Source: Armatimonadota bacterium
Lineage (GTDB): Bacteria; Armatimonadota; SYMT01
Length of the DNA: 64,000 bases
Direction of reading: 5' to 3'
Assembly: GCA_041690135.1 (NCBI GenBank)
Contig: JAWLHY010000014.1
Coordinates: forward strand, 142,150-206,149
The stretch's first letter is position 1; the number at the start of each line of letters is the position of its first letter. A program made the translations under genes and the position numbers. Of this stretch, positions 39,306 through 48,064 are shown piece after piece. The notes below the pieces were generated by a model that saw only the letters and a list, made by a program, of their open reading frames with translations, was not told the DNA's origin and made no database searches.

Positions 39306-40361
39306 GTGGCGAGCGTGATCGAGACAGCACCGATCGAAGAGCGGCATCGACAGGCGTTGGCGCGCCTTCGGACGGCCCACGACACCATGCGCCAGGAGTT
39401 GGCGAAGGTGATCGTCGGCCAGACGGACGTGGTCGATGAGTTGTTGATGGCGATCTTTTCCCGGGGTCACTGCCTGCTTGTGGGCGTTCCCGGCCTGGCG
39501 AAGACCCTGCTGGTGAGCACGCTCGCCCGGATCCTCTCCCTGGAGTTCAAGCGGATCCAGTTCACCCCGGACCTGATGCCGGCCGACATCACCGGCACGG
39601 AAATCATCCAGGAAGACCCCGTCTCCCGGCAGCGGGCATTCAAGTTCCTCCGCGGCCCCATCTTCGCCAACATCATCCTGGCGGACGAAATCAACCGGAC
39701 TCCCCCCAAGACGCAGGCCGCCCTGCTGGAAGCCATGCAGGAGCACCGCGTCACGGCGGGCGGGCACACCTACGCGCTGGACGAGCCGTTCTTCGTGCTC
39801 GCCACGCAGAACCCAATCGAGCAGGAAGGCACCTATCCGCTTCCGGAAGCGCAGCTCGACCGGTTCATGTTCATGATCCGCGTCGACTACCCGGCGCTGG
39901 ACGAAGAACTGGAGATCATGCGCCGCACCACTTCCAGCATCCGCCAGGAAGTGAGCCCGGTGATGTCCGCGGAGGAGATCCTCTGGCTGCAGGAGTTCCT
40001 CCGGGACTTCCCCGTGCCGCCGCACGTTTTCGATTACGTGCTGTCGCTGGTCCGCGCCACCCGCACCACCCCCACCACCGGCGCGGACAAGATCGACCCG
40101 CGCCTGCGCGACTTCGTGAAGGAATACGTCACCTGGGGCGCCGGCCCCCGTGCCGGCCAGTACCTCATCCTCGGCGCCAAGGCCCGGGCCGCCCTCGACG
40201 GTCGCAACTTCGTGGACTGCTCCGACGTGATGAAGATCGCCGCCCCGGTCCTCCGGCACCGGATCATCACCAACTATCGCGCGGAGTCCGCCGGCATCAC
40301 CCCGGACGAGGTCATTCAGAAACTGATCGAGCTCACGCCGCGCCCCACGGCCGCGAAGTAG
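39306..40361 (+). CDS. moxR: MoxR-family AAA+ ATPase
   Basis: GVPGLAKT, RIQFTPDLMPADITG, LADEINRTPPKTQAALLEAMQE, ATQNPIEQEGTYPLPEAQLDRF. Confidence 0.96.
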   Translation: MASVIETAPIEERHRQALARLRTAHDTMRQELAKVIVGQTDVVDELLMAIFSRGHCLLVGVPGLAKTLLVSTLARILSLEFKRIQFTPDLMPADITGTEIIQEDPVSRQRAFKFLRGPIFANIILADEINRTPPKTQAALLEAMQEHRVTAGGHTYALDEPFFVLATQNPIEQEGTYPLPEAQLDRFMFMIRVDYPALDEELEIMRRTTSSIRQEVSPVMSAEEILWLQEFLRDFPVPPHVFDYVLSLVRATRTTPTTGADKIDPRLRDFVKEYVTWGAGPRAGQYLILGAKARAALDGRNFVDCSDVMKIAAPVLRHRIITNYRAESAGITPDEVIQKLIELTPRPTAAK

Positions 40362-40384
40362 GAAGGGCTCCGAAGTCGATCGCC

Positions 40385-40606
40385 ATGCACGACGAAGTGA
40401 TCATCCGGCTCAGTGTGCCGGACGAGTTGACCTCTTTCCGCTTTCCGCAAGCGCTCGACCGGCGACTGCAGACTCTGCTCGATAAGCAGGACCAGGGAGA
40501 ACTGCTGACGCCAGAGGAGCGGTCGGAAGCGGAAGGGCTGGTTGATCTTGCGGAGGCACTGTCGTTGCTGAGAACTAAGGCGGAAGCAGTATCTATATGC
40601 CCCTGA
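40385..40606 (+). CDS. Small hypothetical protein, antitoxin-like
   Basis: 73 aa; RLQTLLDKQDQGELLTPEERSE pattern resembles small partners of HNH nuclease genes; overlaps the DUF58 start. Confidence 0.65.
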   Translation: MHDEVIIRLSVPDELTSFRFPQALDRRLQTLLDKQDQGELLTPEERSEAEGLVDLAEALSLLRTKAEAVSICP

Positions 40607-41496
40607 CACAGCAGCAACTGAGCGATCCGAAAATCGTAGGGGCTATCGGCCGCCTGGAGTTCCTGGCGCGCGAGGTCGTCGAGGGGGTCATCTCGGGTCT
40701 GCACAAGAGCCCCTACCACGGCTTCAGCGTCGAGTTCGCGCAGCACCGGGAGTACACGCCCGGTGACGAGATCCGGTACATCGACTGGAGAGTCGCGGCC
40801 CGGTCGGACCGGCTCTATGTGAAGGAGTTCGAGGAAGAGACCAACCTCAAGGCGCACCTCCTCGTGGACACCAGCGACTCGATGCGCTACCAGGGCGCCC
40901 GCAAGCCGCACAGCAAGCTGGAGTACGCCTCGATCATGGCCTCGGCCTTCGCCTCTCTGCTCATCCAGCAGCGCGACCAGGCCGGGCTGGTGCTCTACAA
41001 CGACGGGGTGGACCGGTACGTCCCCCCGCGGGCCACGGCGACCCACTACACCCAGATCCTGGAAGAGCTGGTGGCGGCCCAGTCGAAGCCCAAGACGGAC
41101 GTCGCCGGCACCTTCCACAACATGGCCGAGTTGATCAAGCGCCGGGGGCTCGTGGTCGTCTTCTCCGATCTGTTCGGCGACCCGCTGGATGTGCTCGCGG
41201 GTCTGCGTCACTTCCGCTACCGCCGTCATGAAGTGGTCGTGTTCCAGATCCTCGACGAGGACGAGGTAAAGTTCCCCTTCGATGAGCTGACGAAGTTCGA
41301 GGGGTTGGAGCTGGAGCCGGAGTTGCTGGTCGATCCTCGCGGCATCCGAGACGAGTACCTGAAGGAGTTCAACAGCTTCTGCGAGCAGGTCGAGCGCGGC
41401 TGCCGCGAGATCCAGGTCGACGTCGTCCGGGTCCTGACCCACGAACCCCCCGCCGAAGTGATCGCGAGGTACCTGACCAGTAGATCCCGCCGCTAG
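40597..41496 (+). CDS. DUF58 domain protein
   Basis: GLHKSPYHGFSVEFAQHREYTPGDEIRYIDW, VKEFEEETN, DTSDSM, VVFSD. Confidence 0.95.
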   Translation: MPLTQQQLSDPKIVGAIGRLEFLAREVVEGVISGLHKSPYHGFSVEFAQHREYTPGDEIRYIDWRVAARSDRLYVKEFEEETNLKAHLLVDTSDSMRYQGARKPHSKLEYASIMASAFASLLIQQRDQAGLVLYNDGVDRYVPPRATATHYTQILEELVAAQSKPKTDVAGTFHNMAELIKRRGLVVVFSDLFGDPLDVLAGLRHFRYRRHEVVVFQILDEDEVKFPFDELTKFEGLELEPELLVDPRGIRDEYLKEFNSFCEQVERGCREIQVDVVRVLTHEPPAEVIARYLTSRSRR

Positions 41497-41677
41497 CGGG
41501 GCATCCGCCGATCTCATTTTTGGGTTCCCCGATAAGATCTATGCAAACGATCCCGTAGAGAGTAGTTCGTGTTGGAAGGATTCCCTCTTGAACACGCACC
41601 GATGTAGGGCGGGATGCTCCGTCACCGCCTGGCAATGGGCTCGTACGGGTGCTGGCGTGTGCGCCCCACACCATACC

Positions 41678-41797
41678 CCGGTGCATACCGCGCAAATAAT
41701 TTCGTATCTCAAGGCAAGCGGCCTCAAACTCGGCCTGCTGATCAACTTCAACGTACCGCTCCTCAAGGATGGCCTTTGTCGCATCGTCCTCTCTTAA
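41678..41797 (+). pseudogene. C-terminal remnant of a GxxExxY family gene
   Basis: PVHTAQIISYLKASGLKLGLLINFNVPLLKDGLCRIVL matches the family C-terminus; the N-terminal part is missing; followed by CTTGGCGTT-type repeats. Confidence 0.8.
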
Positions 41798-41877
41798 CTC
41801 TTCTCTTTCTCAACTTGGCGTTCTTGGCGTCTTGGCGGTTCACTCCCCGGACGTAGCAGCAGTGAGTTAACGCACGC

Positions 41878-44028
41878 ATGGGTCTTAGCTTCCTTAACAG
41901 CGCATTCCTGGGGGCACTCTCCCTCGTCAGTATCCCGATCATCATCCACCTGCTCCAGCGGCGGCGGTATCGGGTGGTGCGCTGGGGAGCGATGGAGTTC
42001 CTGCGCGTCAGCCAGCGGAACCGCTCGCGCCGCTTGATGATCGAGCAGCTCATCCTGCTCGCCATCCGCTGCCTCGTCATCGCGCTGGTGGTCCTTGCCG
42101 TTTGTCGCCCCGTCATGCGGCTGGGCGGGCTTCCCATTGCCGGGACCCGCGGCTCCGTGCATGCGGTGATCCTGCTGGACAACTCCTACAGCATGGGGTA
42201 CCGGCCGGGAGCGGGCACGGAGACCGTCTTCGACCGCGCGCTCAAGCGGGCCGTTGCCCTCGTGGAGACGGGATTGAAGCAGGGGGACGCCGTCAGCATC
42301 GTGCTCTGCTCCGATCCTGCGAAGGCGGTGATCCGCAAGCCCAGTCTCGACCTGAAAGCCGCCGCGGGCCTTCTGAAGCGCTCCGTTACCGTGACCGACG
42401 CCGGCACCAACTACGGGGCCGCCGCGCGCATCGCCCTCGATATCCTTGGGGAGTCGAGCTTCACGAACCGGGAAGTCTTCCTGATTTCGGACAACCAGAC
42501 GGCGGGCTGGGAAGGCCAGAAACGCGACCCGGCCGCCTGGGAAGCCCTCGGGAAATTGGCCCGCGTGGTGGTGCTGCCCACCCGGGAGGGACCGGCTTCC
42601 AACGTGGCGGTGGAGTGGGTCCAGGCGGCGCGCGGTTTGGCCACGGCGCGCAGCAGCGCCCGCATCCAGGCGCGCGTGGTGAATTACGGTTCCAGCACGG
42701 TGCGCGGCCTTCTCGCGACCCTGGAAGTGGATGGCGAGCCTCAAGGATCGAGCCAGCGGATCGACATTGAGCCGGGCCAGGGCACCCTCATCTCCTTTAA
42801 CCAGATATTCGACAAGCCGGGGGTGCGGCGCTGTGCCGTCCGTCTCGGCGCGGATCGCCTCCCCGCGGATGATGCCGGCTACCTGGCGCTCCGGGTACGG
42901 CAGAGCGTGCGCGTGTTGGTCCTGAACGGAAAACCGAACCCGAGCACGCCTCAGAACGACGGCGCCTTCTTCCTGCAATTGGCTCTTTCGCCACCGATTA
43001 TGGGTCCTGGCGCCGAGCCCACGCCGCTCGAGCCCCACATCGTCACCGGTACCGGCTTCGGCAGCACCGGTGTCCGCGACTTCGACGTGGTGACGCTCAC
43101 CGACGTCGCCTCCCTGAGTGAAGGCGACCGCCGCCTGCTGGCCGAGTTCGTCCAGAACGGCGGGGGCGCGCTCGTGTTCCTGGGGGACCGGGTCAATCCC
43201 GCCCTCTACAACCGCGACCTGTTCGAGGCCAGCCCCAGCCTGCTGCCGGCGCGCCTGGCGGGGATGGGGGCGGCGAAGTCGACGCTGGATCCGGCCACCC
43301 TGGACCATCCCGCGCTGCAGAGGTTCAAAGGCGCGCAGGACGTCGACCTCACCACCGCGGAGTTCACGCGCTACCACAAGCTGGCGCCGAAGGAAGGGGA
43401 CAAGACGGTCCGCGTGATGGCCCGCTTCTCCAACGGAGATCCGGCCCTGATCGAGAAACAGTTCGGCCTGGGGCGCCTGATCCTGGTGGCTAGCACCGCC
43501 AATACGGAGTGGAACAGCCTCCCGGTGAAGCCGGTCTTCCTGCCGCTGATCCACCAACTGGTGGCGCACCTGGCCAGCGGGGCGGACGGCACCCGCAACG
43601 GCACGGTGGGCCAGCCGGTCACGCGCCCGCTGCCGATCGCGGATGCGGGACAGCCGATCACCGTCACCGATCCCGCCGGGGCGAAGACCACCCTCCGTTC
43701 CACCGTGGACGAGCGCGGCGCCCTGGTGACCCTGGAAGCCCCACGCCGCGCCGGGTTCTACCAGGTCGCCATCGCCAGCCGTTCGCAGGATGCCTTTGCC
43801 GTCAACCGGGACACGGCCGAATCGAACCTGGCGGCCGCGGACGAGAACGCGCTCAAGCGGCTGATCCCCGTCGCCCAGTGGACCTGGATCGGTCTGAATG
43901 AGGACCTTTTCGCGGCTCTCAACCAGAGCCGCATGGGCATCGAGCTCTGGCGCCACCTCCTCCTCGCCGCCCTTGCCCTGATGGTCCTGGAGACGATGTT
44001 GGCACAACTGTTCGGACGGAGGAGTTAA
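41878..44028 (+). CDS. BatA/vWA domain membrane protein with CARDB-like and GATase-like domains
   Basis: SFLN...PIIIHLL...WGAMEFL BatA N-terminus; MIDAS LDNSYSM and ISD; GGGALVFLG; NTEWNSLP..PVFLP; ESNL...ELW. Confidence 0.9.
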   Translation: MGLSFLNSAFLGALSLVSIPIIIHLLQRRRYRVVRWGAMEFLRVSQRNRSRRLMIEQLILLAIRCLVIALVVLAVCRPVMRLGGLPIAGTRGSVHAVILLDNSYSMGYRPGAGTETVFDRALKRAVALVETGLKQGDAVSIVLCSDPAKAVIRKPSLDLKAAAGLLKRSVTVTDAGTNYGAAARIALDILGESSFTNREVFLISDNQTAGWEGQKRDPAAWEALGKLARVVVLPTREGPASNVAVEWVQAARGLATARSSARIQARVVNYGSSTVRGLLATLEVDGEPQGSSQRIDIEPGQGTLISFNQIFDKPGVRRCAVRLGADRLPADDAGYLALRVRQSVRVLVLNGKPNPSTPQNDGAFFLQLALSPPIMGPGAEPTPLEPHIVTGTGFGSTGVRDFDVVTLTDVASLSEGDRRLLAEFVQNGGGALVFLGDRVNPALYNRDLFEASPSLLPARLAGMGAAKSTLDPATLDHPALQRFKGAQDVDLTTAEFTRYHKLAPKEGDKTVRVMARFSNGDPALIEKQFGLGRLILVASTANTEWNSLPVKPVFLPLIHQLVAHLASGADGTRNGTVGQPVTRPLPIADAGQPITVTDPAGAKTTLRSTVDERGALVTLEAPRRAGFYQVAIASRSQDAFAVNRDTAESNLAAADENALKRLIPVAQWTWIGLNEDLFAALNQSRMGIELWRHLLLAALALMVLETMLAQLFGRRS

Positions 44029-44049
44029 TCAAGCACGAGGTCACCGCAA

Positions 44050-44454
44050 ATGCGTCTTCGCTATTGGCTCCTCTGCTTCGCGCTCATCGCCTCCGGCTTT
44101 GCCGCGAAGGAACTATGGCTGGGGTTCCAGCGGATGCAACGGGAAGCGAAGCGGAGACAAAAGCAGGAGATGTTCGCCCAGCTACGCAGCGTCTTCAACC
44201 TTCCCAAAGAGGCGGTAGTCGTACGTGGATACGTGCATGACACCTGGTTCGTGGGTGGCCGTTGGATGGTAACCTTCAGTTTGCCTCAAACACGGAGGCC
44301 AGAACAGTGGGTCCGCGAATTGAAAGGCCTTGCATTTCCCCGTGCGAAAGGGACTCGGAAGACACGCCTGAAACTTGAAGGCGGGGGAGATTACTGGCGC
44401 ATCGAGTACCTGCCGGCATTTGGTGAATACGCGATGGAGTTGGTGGTGGACTGA
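44050..44454 (+). CDS. Hypothetical protein with N-terminal signal/anchor
   Basis: GAGG RBS; hydrophobic N-terminus; atypical codon use. Confidence 0.55.
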   Translation: MRLRYWLLCFALIASGFAAKELWLGFQRMQREAKRRQKQEMFAQLRSVFNLPKEAVVVRGYVHDTWFVGGRWMVTFSLPQTRRPEQWVRELKGLAFPRAKGTRKTRLKLEGGGDYWRIEYLPAFGEYAMELVVD

Positions 44455-44740
44455 AAGTACAACACGTAAGTACGTATGCTGGTGGATCATTTGCCTCGCG
44501 GGTTCGCATAGGTGGGGAAAGCGGAGCCCCACACGGCGGCACGGGTGTAAGGACAAGGCCCGGCGAGGACAGCTTGCCCGTAGGGGAGCCTCCGCCCTAC
44601 ATCTGTAGGTGCAACGACAGCACTCATACCGATCACCACGAGCCAAGTCCTGTCACGGCACAGAACGGCCACGGACCATCAGTATTTGGGTGGTAAGCGA
44701 CCCACCGACTCCGGCGCTGCCACCGCTCGGCCTCAAAAGT

Positions 44741-44830
44741 ACCTGAACACCTGAACACCTGAACACCCGACCACCTGAACACCTGAACACCCGAACACCC
44801 GAACACCCGAACACCGAAAGCCTGAACACC
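44741..44830. repeat. 8-bp tandem repeat (CC[T/C]GAACA), about 10 units
   Basis: ACCTGAACACCTGAACACCTGAACACCCGACCACCTGAACACCTGAACACCCGAACACCCGAACA... ends just before ATG 44839. Confidence 0.9.
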
Positions 44831-44838
44831 CCAACCCT

Positions 44839-47226
44839 ATGACCAACTGGATCTACAAGCTGTTAGGAATCGATCCGGGCCAGGATGTCCTGCGGCTCGA
44901 CCGGATTTTCTTCGTCCAGCCGTGGCCGGTGGTGCTGGCAGCGGTGGCGGCGGTGGGCCTGCTGGTGTGGGTGGTCCTCTTCTACTACCGCGACGGCACG
45001 CGTCCATCCTGGCTCTGGAAAGGCGCGATGACCGGCCTCCGGCTCGCGGCCCTGGCCACTCTCGCCTTCATGATCTGGCAGCCAATGCTGCGCAGCCAGC
45101 GGACCGACGCTACGCCCTCCATCGTGGCGGTGGTGGTGGACGAGTCCGAAAGCATGGGGATCAAGGACCGCTGGCAGAACGCGAAGCGGAAGGCGGACCT
45201 GGTCAAGGCGCTGGGCGACCCCACGCTGGCCAACCGGAGCCGGATCGAGGCTGCGGACCGCCTGCTGAACCGCGACGATGCCGCACTGCTGAAGGGCCTG
45301 CTGGAGAAGCATTCGGTGCGGGTCTACCGCTTCGGCGCGGACGTGAAGGGCACCGAGCTTCGCAAGGCCAAGGCGGGTGAGAAGCCCCAGCCCGGCTCCG
45401 AGGCCGGAGAGCCGCTGCCGCTCAAGCTGAACAAGCCGGAGGCGGAGCAGACCCGGATCGGCAGCGCGGTCGATTACGTGCTGCAGGACACGGCGGGCCA
45501 GCCGCTGGCGGGCATCGTGCTGCTCTCCGACGGCGGACACAACATGGGCGACGACCCCGCCTTCGCCGCGCGCCGTGCCTCGGAAGTCCAGGCCCCCATC
45601 TATTCGATCGGCTTCGGCGACCCTACCCCGCCCCAGGACGTGGCCGTCACCAGCCTCCTGGCGGATGAGGTGGTGCGCAAGGGCGACGAGGTTGTCGTTT
45701 CCGTCGGCCTGCGCCAGCGCGGGTACGGCAGCCGCACCGTGCCGCTGGTGCTCAAGCTGGGGAACCGGGTCCTGGAGCGGCGCAGCGTCAAGCTGGGCGC
45801 GGAGGGGCAGAAGCAGGAGCTGAACCTATCCTTCACCCCGGACGAGGCCGGCGCCCGCGCGCTGACCGTCTCCGTCGAGGGCCAGCCGGGGGAGATCACG
45901 CTCTCCAACAACCAGAAGTCGTGGCCGATCCGCATCGTCGACAAGAAGCTGAAGATCCTTTACGTGGAGGGCTACCCGCGCTGGGAGTACCGCTACCTCA
46001 AGAACGCGATCCTGCGGGATAAGACCACCCTCTTCTCCTGCATGCTCGTCGATGCGGACCCGTCCCTGGGCGGTGAGGGCAACCAGCTCATCTACAGCTT
46101 CCCGCGCGACAAGAAGGCGCTCTTCAACTTCGACATCATCATCCTGGGCGACGTGCCGCGCGAGTTCTTCTCGCCGCTGGATATGAAGAACCTCCGCGAT
46201 TTCGTGGAGGAGCGCGGCGGCAGCCTGATCACGATGGCCGGCGAATTGTTCTTGCCCTGGCAGTACCGCGGCACCGACCTGGAGGCCGTCTGGCCGATCA
46301 GCGTGCCTGCCAACCGGCGCGAGATCCTGTTCGAGCAGCCGTTCCAGTTGGAGCTTACCGAGGCCGGCGCCCGCAACCCGATGATGTTCCTGGTGCCCCA
46401 GGTGGAGCAGAACCGGAACATCTGGCACGGGCTCCCCGGCATGTACTGGTGCGGCGTGTCCGATCGGGCTAAGCCGGGCGCCACGGTGCTGGCGCAGCAC
46501 CCGACGCAGATGGGCACGGACGGCAAGATTCCCCTGGTCGCCGTCCAGCAGGTGGGCGAGGGCACCTCGTTCATGACGATGGTGGACAGCACCTGGCAGT
46601 GGCGCTTCCGGGTCGGCGATAAGTACTTCTACCGGTTCTGGGGTCAGGTGGTCCGCTCGCTCACCCCGCATGAGCTGCCTGGGGCCAACCGCTTCGTGCG
46701 CCTCACTGCCGACCGTGCCACCTACTCCCTGGGCGAGAAGGTCGTCTTGCGCGCGCGCTTGCTGACACCCAACTACCACCCGGTCCGCGTGAAAGAAGTG
46801 AATGCCGAGCTGGAGCGGACCGACGGTCAGCGCTTCCCCGTGCGCCTGGAGCCGGTGCCCGGCGCCGCCGGCATCTATTCGGGCGAGTGGCAGGCCTCCC
46901 TTCCCGGTGCGTTCAAAGCCATCCTGAAGGCGCCCGGCGGCCAGCGCAGCGAGTCCGTCACCAATGTGGTGGTGGAAGAGTCGAGCCTGGAGCTGGATCA
47001 GCCCGAGCAGAACGAGGCGCTCCTCCGGCGGGTCGCCAATCTCTCCGGCGGCAAGTACCTCCTCCTGAGCGAGGCCGCCGCCCTCCCCGAGATGATCCCC
47101 GACCGCCGCCAGGAAGTCAGTACCCGGGTGGAGCACTCCCTCTGGGACGCCCCCCTCCCCCTGGCCCTCTTCGTCTTCTGCCTGGTCGGGGAGTGGGTGC
47201 TGAGGAAACGAAAAGGATTACTCTAG
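44839..47226 (+). CDS. vWA + GATase1-like (DUF1355-type) membrane protein of the MoxR cluster
   Basis: MIDAS VDESESM, LLSDG; YVEGYPRWEYRYLKN; DIIILGDV; TWQWRF...FYRFWGQ; C-terminal EWVLRKRKGL. Confidence 0.88.
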   Translation: MTNWIYKLLGIDPGQDVLRLDRIFFVQPWPVVLAAVAAVGLLVWVVLFYYRDGTRPSWLWKGAMTGLRLAALATLAFMIWQPMLRSQRTDATPSIVAVVVDESESMGIKDRWQNAKRKADLVKALGDPTLANRSRIEAADRLLNRDDAALLKGLLEKHSVRVYRFGADVKGTELRKAKAGEKPQPGSEAGEPLPLKLNKPEAEQTRIGSAVDYVLQDTAGQPLAGIVLLSDGGHNMGDDPAFAARRASEVQAPIYSIGFGDPTPPQDVAVTSLLADEVVRKGDEVVVSVGLRQRGYGSRTVPLVLKLGNRVLERRSVKLGAEGQKQELNLSFTPDEAGARALTVSVEGQPGEITLSNNQKSWPIRIVDKKLKILYVEGYPRWEYRYLKNAILRDKTTLFSCMLVDADPSLGGEGNQLIYSFPRDKKALFNFDIIILGDVPREFFSPLDMKNLRDFVEERGGSLITMAGELFLPWQYRGTDLEAVWPISVPANRREILFEQPFQLELTEAGARNPMMFLVPQVEQNRNIWHGLPGMYWCGVSDRAKPGATVLAQHPTQMGTDGKIPLVAVQQVGEGTSFMTMVDSTWQWRFRVGDKYFYRFWGQVVRSLTPHELPGANRFVRLTADRATYSLGEKVVLRARLLTPNYHPVRVKEVNAELERTDGQRFPVRLEPVPGAAGIYSGEWQASLPGAFKAILKAPGGQRSESVTNVVVEESSLELDQPEQNEALLRRVANLSGGKYLLLSEAAALPEMIPDRRQEVSTRVEHSLWDAPLPLALFVFCLVGEWVLRKRKGLL

Positions 47227-47405
47227 GGGTGGCGCTTCTAGGGTCCGTTTGCTTCGAGCGGACTTCACGGACGTTCCACCGGCACCCCATCGGCAAATGG
47301 ACTACCCTTTGAACACGGGGCGATGTAGGGCGGGATGCTCCGTCACCGCCTGGCCATGTACTTGTACTTGTCGCGCCGTGTGGGACTCCCGCTTAGAGAC
47401 AACTC

Positions 47406-47966
47406 ATGGCTGAACCTGCAATCACTTTCCGCCCGATGACCTTCGAAAAGGCTGCCCGCCTCGACCCGGATCAGGAGGCCGGCGACATCGTTCAGGGAAG
47501 GTGGACACCCGTGTCGAGGGACACCTGGAAGCACGCACTGATCGTAGGCAATGCCTATGCGCTCCTTCGACAGTACTGTCGTGAGAACCGGGAATGGATC
47601 GCGGGTGTCGGTGATCCGGGAACCAAGCTCACTAGAAATCCCGATACGCTTCGCGGGCCGGACGTGGGCGTCATCCGATCCGAGCGCCTTCCCACCGGAA
47701 AGGGCGCACAGGGCTGGCTGGATGGCGCCCCCGATCTGGCGGTGGAAGTGACGAGCGATAACCAGACCGCGTCCGAATTGGCGCGGAAGGGGCTCGAGTA
47801 CCTGGCGGCGGGAGGCAAGATGGTCTGGGTAGTCGACCCGGACGCACAACTCGTGCTGGTGCTCACGGCCCCGAACCACCTGCAGATCTACGGCGTGGCC
47901 GACACGCTCGACGCCGGGGATGTGCTGCCCGGCTTCACCTGTCCGGTCTCCGAGTTTTTCGAGTAG
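47406..47966 (+). CDS. Uma2 family endonuclease-like protein
   Basis: DTLRGPDV, APDLAVEVTS, KGLEYLAAG..MVWVVDP, VLPGF. Confidence 0.9.
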   Translation: MAEPAITFRPMTFEKAARLDPDQEAGDIVQGRWTPVSRDTWKHALIVGNAYALLRQYCRENREWIAGVGDPGTKLTRNPDTLRGPDVGVIRSERLPTGKGAQGWLDGAPDLAVEVTSDNQTASELARKGLEYLAAGGKMVWVVDPDAQLVLVLTAPNHLQIYGVADTLDAGDVLPGFTCPVSEFFE

Positions 47967-48064
47967 TCCCCCGCTATACTGGGGATAAGCTCGTAACCTG
48001 AAACGGCGGCCGCCGTCGGGGCGTCCTACTGAGAGTGCGTCACTTCCGAAGGAGCCTTGGATTC

